Assembly: GCA_964582845.1 (NCBI GenBank)
Contig: CAZOTW010000005.1
Span: 1 to 37,839 of the forward strand
Source: an uncultured Gammaproteobacteria bacterium
GTDB lineage: Bacteria; Patescibacteriota; Microgenomatia; UBA10105; UBA927
Direction: 5' to 3'
DNA length: 37,839 nucleotides
Shown here: piece by piece, positions 14,526 to 23,566 of the stretch
How positions within the stretch are numbered: the first letter of the stretch is position 1
Layout: each line of letters begins with the position of its first letter
The notes under the pieces: generated by a model
Databases searched by the model: none
Told to the model about the DNA's origin: nothing
What the model saw: the letters and a program-made list of their open reading frames with translations, nothing else
Position numbers and translations under genes: made by a program

Positions 14526-15638
14526 TCAGTATGTCAAAAATGTTCCGCAATGATCGTCAACTGTTCCTACGGTAATCGGTACACCTCCACAAGCATCGTT
14601 TAAGATTCCGATGGTGAGAGTGTCACATTGAGGAACTGAGTACACACTCCTCAATATCCTTCCCCCGCTTGTTCCGGCAACAGCTATTCCATTCCCTAAA
14701 TATTTTACAGAACGAATACTTGTTTGGCCAAACTGCTGCCCAAGGCTATCCCAAGTAACCCCATAGTCGGTCGACCTTAATATCTGGCCGTTGGATACCG
14801 TTCTTGATGTTCCAGCTACAACTATTCCTCCACCCATGTTTGCAATTGAATAGATAAAGTTTTGTGAATATTGCTGTCCAAGACTTGACCACGTTGAACC
14901 CGAGTCGGTTGACCTTAAAATGACTCCACTATTAGCACTACCAGCAAGCACCACTCCGTTACCTAATGTCTCAAACGACATGACTGCAAGTAAACCAAGC
15001 GAGTTTCCGATGCTATCCCATGTCACTCCGTAATCAACGGATCTACAAATATATGCATCGTAACCGGTTGCGGTAACATAAGGACCGGCCAAAGCTACCC
15101 CGTTTCCAACATTACATAACGACCTAATTTCAGGTTGAGCACCCATATTATACGGTCGCCCGATGCTATCCCATGTCACTCCGTAATCAATGGACCTGAG
15201 TATAAATCCACTCGAATAAGTTCCAGCAAGAACTATGCTGTCGCCCAACGATTCTACCGAGTAAACAATACTTTGCCCGTATGGTCTGACTGCGTACCCC
15301 CACGTTGCACCGTAATCGGTTGACCTAATTATGGTTGTGTCGTAGAAGGTTATCCAATTCATACCAGACGCAACAACAATTCCACTACCCGCGTTGGTGA
15401 TACTAAATACAACATCTAAATGTTGCGCACCTAAGTCAGTCCAGTTGGCTCCATAGTCAATTGATCTAAAGATGTGGCCATCGCCATCGCCAGCAATAAC
15501 TATTCCGCCGCCAACATCCTCAATAGTATAAATAGCGTCTGTTGCTATTTGGCCAAGGTCAACCCACACCTCACCCTGTCCCCACCCCACCCCGACTATC
15601 GCAAGGATGCTAATTAAAATGTAAATTGACTTAGTCAT
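14526..15638 (-). CDS. Secreted BNR/Asp-box beta-propeller protein
   Basis: Signal peptide MTKSIYILISILAIVGVGWG. Six S-x-D-x-G-x-(T/N)-W boxes (RSIDYGANW, RSTDYGATW, RSIDYGVTW, RSVDYGVTW, RSTDSGSTW, RSTDYGVTW) occur at roughly even spacing. A near-identical ~30-nt DNA segment occurs twice, near 15010-15045 and 15163-15200. Confidence 0.9.
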   Translation of the reverse strand: MTKSIYILISILAIVGVGWGQGEVWVDLGQIATDAIYTIEDVGGGIVIAGDGDGHIFRSIDYGANWTDLGAQHLDVVFSITNAGSGIVVASGMNWITFYDTTIIRSTDYGATWGYAVRPYGQSIVYSVESLGDSIVLAGTYSSGFILRSIDYGVTWDSIGRPYNMGAQPEIRSLCNVGNGVALAGPYVTATGYDAYICRSVDYGVTWDSIGNSLGLLAVMSFETLGNGVVLAGSANSGVILRSTDSGSTWSSLGQQYSQNFIYSIANMGGGIVVAGTSRTVSNGQILRSTDYGVTWDSLGQQFGQTSIRSVKYLGNGIAVAGTSGGRILRSVYSVPQCDTLTIGILNDACGGVPITVGTVDDHCGTFLTY

Positions 15639-17133
15639 GTAGATAGCTCAATTCAAATCTTGCACTTTTTATTACCGGGTCAGTCCCGTCGGTGTTACAG
15701 GTTATTTGCATTAATACCATATCGCCTGTTGTAATTTCTAAATATATAGGCTGAGTAACACATTGAATGTTGCCTACTCCGGTAGTTGATGGTATATTAT
15801 CTTGGCCAACAGAATCGGATTGCGTAACGTTGTAAAAACGAATTGAAAAATCTTTCCCATCTAATGCAGAGTAACAAATCTTTGCAGTGCCGTGATAAAC
15901 CCCGCCGTGTGCGAATATCATCGTATCACCACTTAAAAAAATTCCGTCATGCTCTTCTCCACCCCAAAGAGTATGCGCCGCATTGGTTACCTGTTGCCAA
16001 TCGTTTGCAGATGTAATTGATATAGTAACGGAACTATCTCGGAAACCCCCGTATGCGTGCCAGATTGAATCTTGAAAAACCCGATAAGAACTAATGTGCC
16101 CATTAAATACAGATAGTGGAGTATTGTTTACTATGTGGTCGTAATTGAATGACCCGGTATCAGCAGAAAAAAGAAGTAGCGTTCTCCCTATTTGTATATC
16201 TGATCCGGTAGTAAAAGCCTGAGATATCCTCAAGTATTTCAAAGTGTCTCTTGAAAATAAATGAAAGCCATCATGGGAAACGTTATTCCAATAAAGACGC
16301 AACCCATCATCGGAAGAGGTGCCACCCTCGTAAGACAAATTTAGGTCCACAGCACCACCAGACACCACGGTTTTAGTTCTCCACGTTGAGGCTATTATTG
16401 CATCGGCGCTGTCGCTCGATTGTAAAATAGCAGTCCCCTTTGATGCCCCTTCACAACCGTCTAAAAGCAAGTACGACCCGCGACTTGAAACACCCCCACC
16501 GTAAGTACTTATATATAGTGCAGTACGATCTAAATTTACATCAGAATAAGTGCCAAGCGCACCCATGTAAAGAGATATAACCCCTGTAGTGGTATCACCT
16601 AAATAAAAATTGCGCGGAAAGAAAACATCTCCGTATGCAGTGTCGTACCTCATGTTGGTAGTTCTCCATAACCTACCTCCGAGCGACACTGGAATTCTTA
16701 AAGCTGTTACGTGGTGGTTTAGGCTATCGGGTAGTGTTGTTGATGTATGTAAATGATATGATGGATTAACGGTAGGAAACATTGAGTCGCATCGCGAGAT
16801 TGTAAACATTGAATCGTTACGCCACATAACGAACGTGTCGCAATCGGATGTTGTTGAGTAAGTCATAGCATTACCTGCGGTAAGGGCATACCCGGCGGTA
16901 TCGGCATACGGGACGGAATCGGAGGTAGGCACATGAAGCGCAGTATCTGCAACGTGGGCAGCGCGTACTGAATCGCGCTTTTGAAATTTTCCAGCCGCAT
17001 CGGTTCCTACAACCATTGCATTTCTTAGACTGTCAACCTTCAAAGAGTCTCGAAATCTTCCACTTGCCGTATTGGTAACATATGCAGAAAAGGCAGATGC
17101 CGCCATAACCAAAATTAAAAACATTGACCTCAT
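15631..17133 (-). CDS. Tail-fibre-like protein with N-terminal signal-peptide-like segment
   Basis: ATGA-coupled to the upstream tail gene. N-terminus MRSMFLILVMAASAFSA. This is followed by an Ala/Asp-rich fibre-shaft-like segment (AAHVADTALHVPTSDSVPYADTAGYALTAGNA). Confidence 0.8.
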   Translation of the reverse strand: MRSMFLILVMAASAFSAYVTNTASGRFRDSLKVDSLRNAMVVGTDAAGKFQKRDSVRAAHVADTALHVPTSDSVPYADTAGYALTAGNAMTYSTTSDCDTFVMWRNDSMFTISRCDSMFPTVNPSYHLHTSTTLPDSLNHHVTALRIPVSLGGRLWRTTNMRYDTAYGDVFFPRNFYLGDTTTGVISLYMGALGTYSDVNLDRTALYISTYGGGVSSRGSYLLLDGCEGASKGTAILQSSDSADAIIASTWRTKTVVSGGAVDLNLSYEGGTSSDDGLRLYWNNVSHDGFHLFSRDTLKYLRISQAFTTGSDIQIGRTLLLFSADTGSFNYDHIVNNTPLSVFNGHISSYRVFQDSIWHAYGGFRDSSVTISITSANDWQQVTNAAHTLWGGEEHDGIFLSGDTMIFAHGGVYHGTAKICYSALDGKDFSIRFYNVTQSDSVGQDNIPSTTGVGNIQCVTQPIYLEITTGDMVLMQITCNTDGTDPVIKSARFELSYLHD

Positions 17134-17411
17134 TCGTCTACCTCAAAATTAAGCGGCAATCGCCTGTTGTGTCGCGACCCGTCCGGCCACAACATGTATT
17201 TGAAATCGTAGTCATTATAAATATAATACTCTTTAACGTATCCTGTCGGGGGAATCGGTACGAGCGAATGATTTAAGTAGATAGGTGTCCCATTTACCGA
17301 TTGAGCAGAGACCCTAACCACACCCATATCAAGCAATTCCAATATGCGATAGATGTCGTTAATGACCTTGTCGGTTGATGGGCTCCCCGTTGTTTTTCTC
17401 TGGTATTTCAT
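17130..17411 (-). CDS. Hypothetical tail-region protein (93 aa)
   Basis: Open frame coupled to neighbours. No family recognised. Confidence 0.65.
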   Translation of the reverse strand: MKYQRKTTGSPSTDKVINDIYRILELLDMGVVRVSAQSVNGTPIYLNHSLVPIPPTGYVKEYYIYNDYDFKYMLWPDGSRHNRRLPLNFEVDE

Positions 17412-17420
17412 GGTTCTATT

Positions 17421-17876
17421 TTACGCATTATTTACGATATACCAATAGTTTCCAGAATAGACAAGCATTGCAGATTCGTTGGCAGCAATGCTGTAGGTCG
17501 ATGAGCTATATTTTATTGCAGCATATCCGGAGGACGGCGCTTCGTTTATGCTTAATACAACTATTCCAGAGCCAATATTTATCAAAACTATTTTATTTGA
17601 CGCGCTTCTTCCAGTAGTACTGATTGCGTGGATGGTTATAAGCCCTCCAGCTTCCGGGTTTTCTGGATCGTATACGGGGGGATCAAAAAGGAAGGTGTCG
17701 TATTCTGATCCTATATCAAGCTCATAATCTGAATCTGGTGTAGGCTCAGTTAACGAACCTCCATCGGCAATACCACCCCCCTGATGCTGTATTCGTATAT
17801 TTTCTTCGATTCTTATCAAATCACCGTCCCCTACGTTCTCGCTATCCCAATTAGTTTTTGGTGTAATATAACTCAT
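17421..17876 (-). CDS. Tail fibre / baseplate-associated protein
   Basis: The N-terminal PKTNWDSENVGDGDLIRIEENI resembles the PKT(D/N)W...D.NRIE.N motif seen at the N-termini of prophage tail-fibre-associated proteins. Confidence 0.65.
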   Translation of the reverse strand: MSYITPKTNWDSENVGDGDLIRIEENIRIQHQGGGIADGGSLTEPTPDSDYELDIGSEYDTFLFDPPVYDPENPEAGGLITIHAISTTGRSASNKIVLINIGSGIVVLSINEAPSSGYAAIKYSSSTYSIAANESAMLVYSGNYWYIVNNA

Positions 17877-19870
17877 GATTGTATGTCAACCGCCTTTCTC
17901 GCTGTTAGCCTGCACCGTAACCCGTCTTCAAAGGAAAATTGCTGCCTGTAAGATAAAAAACTATCTGTAACACTAATCCCGGTACTGCTTGGAGTGTATA
18001 CTGGGACGGTTACGCAATCTCCAATTTCAGCAGCCGGATTTCCTCTCCATTCAACCTCAACGTCACGCCGCAAATTCTTATATGTATCAAGGAGCACCAG
18101 CGCAACAACTAAAGACAACGCTGCGTTTTGAAGGAGCGGATTAATATTGTACTTGTACTCACGCAACCCATATAGCGCAATAGAGTCTTGATCCGATTCG
18201 GTTACTTCTGATATAGATTCTGTCTGCAATTTTTTTCCGGTAACCAAGACTTCAAATGTTCCAGAAGTTCCAGTTGCCTTGTGGAAAGATATCGTGCATC
18301 CCCATGGGTAAAATATCTCATATGTCTTGTACACTGTTATGTCGGCTTGGTTCTGAATTGCTGCAACACCATCAAGAACTACTTCGTCTCCCCATTCGAT
18401 AGTTACTGTTGTATCGTCAATGCCTTCAGCCATTGATACTTCAGTCGTTGAAATTTCTGATGCCTCGATCTCAGGGATAGTTTCGGCAACTGGAACTATT
18501 ACCCTGTTTTTCAGGCCCTCACTTTTTGATTTTTGGCTACGATTAAAATAATTGTCTCTTGTTATTGCATAATCAGGAATTTTTGCTTCATTTGCAGTAT
18601 AAGATTTTATAATCAATACATCGTTACGATCCATGTAAATATATCCCATGCAAGCAGCGGATATTTTTGCAAGAGCATCCATATATGTAGTTTTTCCAAG
18701 CCATGCATAGGGTATAATAAAATCTAGTAATGATGTGTCAATACTCCATACGAGGTCGTTCATAGGAATATTTTGCTTTGCATGGTTAAGAATAAATTCA
18801 GCGTATGTATACAAGGTAACATTTAACAATACCTCGTCGGCTCTAAATTCAACTTCCCGCAATAACTCCAATCTGTCACGACAAGACACTTGAACGCTGA
18901 AATTCTTTTCTTCGGTTGTCCAGTCATTAGTCCAGAAGACGCCCATTTTTACATATTCAATTTCCTGATCTGAATTTGGCAATTGAAAACCTATATATGG
19001 AGTGATCCTGACGTTTGGTGTTAAAGAATTGGCAACGTATGAACCTGAATTATTCGGAAAGAACGGATCAATAAACGATTCGCCATTTTCACGTATTATT
19101 GAAATATTTTGAAGCTCAACATCACATTCGTTGCAAGACACGTTTCCCGTTGGAACGGTGCCGTTTTCAACTTCTCTTTCCTCCAAAATATTTAACGAAA
19201 CGATATCATCGGTATAAAACACATCGCTTATTGTTCCGTAAAATTCAACTATTTTAGCCATTGTTCCGCCGGAAGACCATTTAATAATGGTAAGCTTCAT
19301 GCTTCCGGCTGCGTTTATATTTTCAGAAGTAAGATCTATAATCGTTTCAACCGAACTACCTGAATATTGATGGTTAAAAATTTCGATGTCGTCGCCGTCG
19401 TAAATTGTCACCTCAAAAACTTCAGGATATTCTTCGCGTGTTGGTTCTCCGCAAACAACTATGCGTCGTATTGCCCTCGCCTCTGCAAACGAAACAGTTG
19501 CTTCAGGATATGGCTCCGAAAAGTCACCATCAGAATCCCCCACAGACGCAGTATACCATCCAACCTGATTATTTTGTTGTCCGGCGACCGAAGAAGGAAC
19601 GGTAAAAAACGTTCCATCACTAGAGCACGTTCCGTCAGTAGACAAGTATTTATGTGGAGTCGATCTTTTTGTGTCAACCAAGTGAGGATCGTGCCATGAG
19701 CCAGGAACGTAGTAATCTTGCCCTAAATCGCCCATCCTATTGTAATCATTTGACGTTACAACCATACCCGAATTAATAAAAGGGTCAGTCCATAGCACGT
19801 CAATTTTAACCCGTGGGATTCGCGTTTCCGCTGTAACCTGTTCGGTAAATTCTTGAGATACTGCTATCAT
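17873..19870 (-). CDS. Tail hub / tail-associated (Tal-position) protein with galactose-binding-like (discoidin-like) insert
   Basis: 665 aa, two genes after the tape measure. The segment GWYTASVGDSDGDFSEPYPEATVSFAEARAIRRIVVCGEP...FEVTIYDG looks like an F5/8 type C domain. Confidence 0.75.
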   Translation of the reverse strand: MIAVSQEFTEQVTAETRIPRVKIDVLWTDPFINSGMVVTSNDYNRMGDLGQDYYVPGSWHDPHLVDTKRSTPHKYLSTDGTCSSDGTFFTVPSSVAGQQNNQVGWYTASVGDSDGDFSEPYPEATVSFAEARAIRRIVVCGEPTREEYPEVFEVTIYDGDDIEIFNHQYSGSSVETIIDLTSENINAAGSMKLTIIKWSSGGTMAKIVEFYGTISDVFYTDDIVSLNILEEREVENGTVPTGNVSCNECDVELQNISIIRENGESFIDPFFPNNSGSYVANSLTPNVRITPYIGFQLPNSDQEIEYVKMGVFWTNDWTTEEKNFSVQVSCRDRLELLREVEFRADEVLLNVTLYTYAEFILNHAKQNIPMNDLVWSIDTSLLDFIIPYAWLGKTTYMDALAKISAACMGYIYMDRNDVLIIKSYTANEAKIPDYAITRDNYFNRSQKSKSEGLKNRVIVPVAETIPEIEASEISTTEVSMAEGIDDTTVTIEWGDEVVLDGVAAIQNQADITVYKTYEIFYPWGCTISFHKATGTSGTFEVLVTGKKLQTESISEVTESDQDSIALYGLREYKYNINPLLQNAALSLVVALVLLDTYKNLRRDVEVEWRGNPAAEIGDCVTVPVYTPSSTGISVTDSFLSYRQQFSFEDGLRCRLTARKAVDIQS

Positions 19871-20259
19871 TACACTTCCTCGAAAACTATTGTCGATCCC
19901 TTGTATATCTTTGTGCTACGTCCCGGCATAAAATCTGTTGAACCAAACGGGTTGATCCTTACTATAGGGCAGTTTCCGTCGAAATTTGTAAAGTAATTTG
20001 ATCCTGAAATGTACATCCTCAAATTAAGACCCTCATCAAACCCATACTTTTCCATTATTATATCGAAAACTGACTGATTAATATATTCGTAAAGAATGCT
20101 AAATTTATATTTTCTTGAAACTATGTCTTTGACAAGTCTTCCGCTTGCAGTTCGACCAGACCTACCTATCTCTTCAAACTCACGCAACACCTCCTTGGCG
20201 TGAGTAGAGATAAGATCCTCGTCGCTGTCTATCCCGATATAAATATCGCCTTCGGCCAT
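19870..20259 (-). CDS. Distal tail protein-position small tail protein (129 aa)
   Basis: It lies immediately after the tape measure with a TAATG overlap. The assignment rests on position only. Confidence 0.55.
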   Translation of the reverse strand: MAEGDIYIGIDSDEDLISTHAKEVLREFEEIGRSGRTASGRLVKDIVSRKYKFSILYEYINQSVFDIIMEKYGFDEGLNLRMYISGSNYFTNFDGNCPIVRINPFGSTDFMPGRSTKIYKGSTIVFEEV

Positions 20260-22388
20260 TATCTTACCGCTCCCACCCGCGTTCTTTCTCTTTCAAATTC
20301 ATCCATAAACATTCTTGTTACATCCTTGATGTGTGACCTATTTAAAAATACAGGACCGTCAAAATGCTGGTGAAAATGTGGTTCCGAATACCCGCGCTGT
20401 CCACCAATTATTGATCCATTGCTTGAGCTGGTACTGCCAATTCCGTAATTTATTCTACTAAGAGTATTGTCAAGCTTTTTTGATGTTTCTCCAGCAACAA
20501 CCCTTTCACCTTTTTTCAAAAGCCACGTACCGGTTTCAGGAATACTGTCGATACCATCGTGGGCAAGACCGGCAAGTGCAAGTCCAGAAACGGCAGCAGC
20601 CATAGGCTCAGTTGCCGCCAATGCTGCCGCCATTGCTCCTGGAGCCAGTACCCATCCTGTATATGGAATAGCTGCCGCTGACGCATATGCGTTTATTCCT
20701 GCAAGCAGGGCTCCGGCCTGGGCGTTTGCTATTAACGATGGAATTGCTGCGGCCTGAACTGATTTATCAACAGCAGTTTTTGTAACTTCGTAAACTATCC
20801 ATTGGGCTATCATTTTTCCTATAGCCGAAAGCATAGATGACGCCATTTCGGTAGCCAATTTTTTGAATGCCTCCCCAGCTTCTTCGTTTCCAATTATTAC
20901 ATCAGATAAAAAATTTCCAAACTTAGAAGTCAAATCATCAAGCGATCCACCAACAATTTCATCCATGCTTACTATACTACTTTCAAGTGACTCTGAATAG
21001 CCAGACCAATAATCACTGTTGGCCACTATCGCAGCACGTTCGGCGGCTTGCGCCCTTTCTATTTCGGTAAGTTCAGCAGAACCTTCTTCGTACAACTGTT
21101 TTAATTTTTCGTATTTGTATTCGTGAAGGGCTAATTCCCTTTCAACGTTGTCAGTTATGTTGTTAAGTTCGGCCAAATTCGCTTGGTCAACGAGTTGGCG
21201 ATACTCTGCATCCTTGGCGATATCTGCTTGTAGCTGCCTGTCGTTTTCAGCCCTGATTGCAAGGTTCGACGACTTGATTATTTCGAGTCTCTGCTTGTTT
21301 GTTTCCGATGTTGCCTCGATTATTTTTTTCAAATCATCCCATGAAGTATCTTGGGGTTTTTCCAAAGATAACGGCGGTGTTGAAGGCTTGGACGGCCCGC
21401 CATTTTTTGCAACATTAAGTTGATTAATACTTTCTGTCAATGTCTCAACATTGTTTTTAGCTTGCACTAATTGATCAAGCTCACCCGGAAGCAGATACCC
21501 TTTTTGCGCCTGCATTGCAGTGAAGGTTTCTTCTGTCTGCTTGAATTCGTATCTCAATTCTTCAAGCGCCGCAATTTCAATATCAATTTCGCTCACATGA
21601 CCGCCACCAAAAAACTTAGCGGTGCTTTCTGACAACTTCAATATTTGTTCGGCCACCTTCTGGATTGTAGGGGCAAAATTAAGAACTGCCGTTGTTAACT
21701 GAGCGCCTATAACCCTTGACAACGTCTCAAGCTTATCGCCAGCTTCATCGGCATTTTTTATTAATTGTGAATCTATTACAATCCCGAGCGATTGCGCTTC
21801 TTTTCTCAGTGTTTCGTAATCGTCGGCAAGAACAGAAAGTTTAACACCAGAGCGACCAAAGGCGGCGGCGGCAAGGGCCGCTCGCTCAGATTCGTTCGAT
21901 ACATTTTTCATCGATTTGAATATCAGATTCAATGCATCATCGGTTGAATTAGCGCTTCTGACTTGATCCAAAAGCCCCTGATCAACCTTTTTGAGATATG
22001 AATACAGCGAACCAGATCCGGCACGGGCTTCGCCTACGCTCTTGTTGAATTTCAGTAGGCTTCCGTCAAGTTCATCAAAAGATATTCCGGATAGGCTTGC
22101 CGCGTGTCTCATCTCCTGCAACGTATCGGTAGACATGCCTGCAGCTTTTGCAACGTCATTTATTGCTGATGCGGCTTCAATGCTTTTTTTGGCAAATGCC
22201 ACCACCGTCCCGGTTGCGACAACACCTAAACCAAAGCCCAATTTTGTTACCGATTTCAAAGAATCAGAAAACGAATCACTTACGTCTTTTGACGTCTTTT
22301 TCGCCTGACGACCAGCCTTATCGAGCGGACCGACAAAGCTGCCAGTCTTCACTACAAGATCGATAGTAAGGGTTCCGAGATTCGACAT
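20259..22388 (-). CDS. Tail tape measure protein
   Basis: About 709 aa. The protein is long and helical. It has an N-terminal tape-measure core (AINDVAKAAGMSTDTLQEMRHAASLSGISFDELDGSLLKFNKSVGEA) and Ala/Gly-rich hydrophobic C-terminal segments. ATG 22388 lies 1 nt after the T-frame stop. The ORF-track TTG start at 22415 is an alternative. Confidence 0.9.
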   Translation of the reverse strand: MSNLGTLTIDLVVKTGSFVGPLDKAGRQAKKTSKDVSDSFSDSLKSVTKLGFGLGVVATGTVVAFAKKSIEAASAINDVAKAAGMSTDTLQEMRHAASLSGISFDELDGSLLKFNKSVGEARAGSGSLYSYLKKVDQGLLDQVRSANSTDDALNLIFKSMKNVSNESERAALAAAAFGRSGVKLSVLADDYETLRKEAQSLGIVIDSQLIKNADEAGDKLETLSRVIGAQLTTAVLNFAPTIQKVAEQILKLSESTAKFFGGGHVSEIDIEIAALEELRYEFKQTEETFTAMQAQKGYLLPGELDQLVQAKNNVETLTESINQLNVAKNGGPSKPSTPPLSLEKPQDTSWDDLKKIIEATSETNKQRLEIIKSSNLAIRAENDRQLQADIAKDAEYRQLVDQANLAELNNITDNVERELALHEYKYEKLKQLYEEGSAELTEIERAQAAERAAIVANSDYWSGYSESLESSIVSMDEIVGGSLDDLTSKFGNFLSDVIIGNEEAGEAFKKLATEMASSMLSAIGKMIAQWIVYEVTKTAVDKSVQAAAIPSLIANAQAGALLAGINAYASAAAIPYTGWVLAPGAMAAALAATEPMAAAVSGLALAGLAHDGIDSIPETGTWLLKKGERVVAGETSKKLDNTLSRINYGIGSTSSSNGSIIGGQRGYSEPHFHQHFDGPVFLNRSHIKDVTRMFMDEFERERTRVGAVR

Positions 22389-22389
22389 A

Positions 22390-23078
22390 CTATACCGCTT
22401 TTCTCCAATCATCAAGTGTCACTTCTGGCGCATCAAGATGAGGGGCAAAGTCGTAAATCTTGAAAGGTGTAGACCCGTCTTTACGGTATCTATTAGCAAA
22501 CATGCTTGCAAACATGGCTATATCGTGCTCCATTCTTAACCCAAAATTAAAACTTCCACGCATATTTCGATACTTGACCCAACGGACAAACTCTTCATAG
22601 CTAATATTGCGCTGCGCTTCCTCAATTGTTCTTCCACCGATTCCGCACAAGACAAGTTCGTGCCATATTTCGTCGATTTCCGTCAGGTCTTCACTTCCCC
22701 CGATATTGAATTGACCTCTGCAATAGCGCTAAGCAGTGCAATGGTAAGATTGTGATCGAGCGGGCCGCGCTCAATTATCGCTATTTTCCTTTTCTTTTCT
22801 GCTTCGGTATCTTTTTCCGATTCGACAACGTACCCGGTAATGTCCTCAACGGAAAATACCGGAATTCCTCCCTTATCGCAAATACACGCCGCAATGCGTC
22901 CCGCAATCACGTCCTTTCCGAATTGCTTTACATCGGAAACGGCGCTTTTGTACGACAACTTCCGAACGTAGGCAGTCGCAGAAAGCTCTTTTCCGTCCTT
23001 ATTCCATTTTATTTCTTTCTCAACGGGGCAACCAGTGAACGCTCCGGCTGCCTGAAGAGAATTAAGATTCAATTCCAT
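22390..23078 (-). CDS. Tail assembly chaperone G-T fusion (predicted -1 programmed frameshift)
   Basis: The -1 frame is open from 22728 to 22393. It contains GGRTIEEAQRNISYEEFVRWVKY (lambda gpT-like) and has no start signal of its own. A G5 run on the coding strand (plus-strand c5 at 22697-22701, TCG GGG GAA G) lies in the overlap. Confidence 0.6.
22683..23078 (-). CDS. Tail assembly chaperone (gpG-like)
   Basis: 131 aa, positioned between the major tail and tape measure genes. It is followed by an overlapping -1 frame. Confidence 0.8.
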   Translation of the reverse strand: MELNLNSLQAAGAFTGCPVEKEIKWNKDGKELSATAYVRKLSYKSAVSDVKQFGKDVIAGRIAACICDKGGIPVFSVEDITGYVVESEKDTEAEKKRKIAIIERGPLDHNLTIALLSAIAEVNSISGEVKT

Positions 23079-23089
23079 TGCCGTTCTCC

Positions 23090-23554
23090 TTACGTGCTTG
23101 ATGCAACGAAGTTCGAAACCCCTGATTTGCGAATCGTTACCGTTGACACGACTTTGGTGTTAACAGCAAAGTCAAATGGGCAGTCCTTTACGAAACCTGA
23201 AAGGGTGTACCAAGTCCTTGTTGACGGCAAAACAAAGCCATCAGAATCTGCGGTCGGAGCAGTTGTATCGTCAGACCATCCTGCGGCCCAATCGACAACA
23301 GTACCAGCCGTAAACAGCTCAAATATCCTTACGTGGCTTGCGTTTGTCGGATCGAAGTTCAACTCTATCGTAGCTTCCGTTGGCGACCTTAATCCCGGTA
23401 AATAAGTCTTGTCGGTATCCGTAAGCGAGGTGGTTTCAATTTCATCAAAAGGTGCGCCGCCAGGATTAAAATTGGTTACTCCGGTAACTTCGACAACGGA
23501 ATCATCGACCGGCTCAATGAAATAGACCTGAGTTCCCTGCGTCTTGATAGCCAT
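23090..23554 (-). CDS. Major tail (tube) protein
   Basis: 154 aa at the canonical position. The N-terminal MAIKTQGTQVYF...VTGVTNFNPGG...ETTSLTD pattern is typical of siphovirus tube proteins. Confidence 0.8.
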   Translation of the reverse strand: MAIKTQGTQVYFIEPVDDSVVEVTGVTNFNPGGAPFDEIETTSLTDTDKTYLPGLRSPTEATIELNFDPTNASHVRIFELFTAGTVVDWAAGWSDDTTAPTADSDGFVLPSTRTWYTLSGFVKDCPFDFAVNTKVVSTVTIRKSGVSNFVASST

Positions 23555-23566
23555 GATGGTTTCTCC

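Noticed and set aside
14526-19870. Diversity-generating retroelement or retron associated with tail-fibre genes
   Set aside because: No reverse-transcriptase-like ORF (no YxDD motif context) exists anywhere in the window, and I found no template/variable repeat pair. The only internal DNA repeats are the blade duplications inside the BNR gene.
22389-22415. ORF-track start (TTG 22415) for the tape measure gene
   Set aside because: It would overlap the T frame by 26 nt. ATG 22388 sits 1 nt after the T-frame stop, which matches the compact coupling seen elsewhere. The choice changes only 9 residues.
22752-23405. 217-aa plus-strand ORF, and similar plus-strand ORFs at 990-1535 (minus), 9688-10107, 20467-20757, 23981-24436, 26390-26854 and 37051-37467
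   Set aside because: All lie antisense to genes with clear family signatures (tail tube, chaperone, beta-helix protein, tape measure, gp10, methyltransferase, ParB, radical SAM). They lack SDs and have low-complexity or Cys/Arg-skewed composition typical of shadow ORFs.
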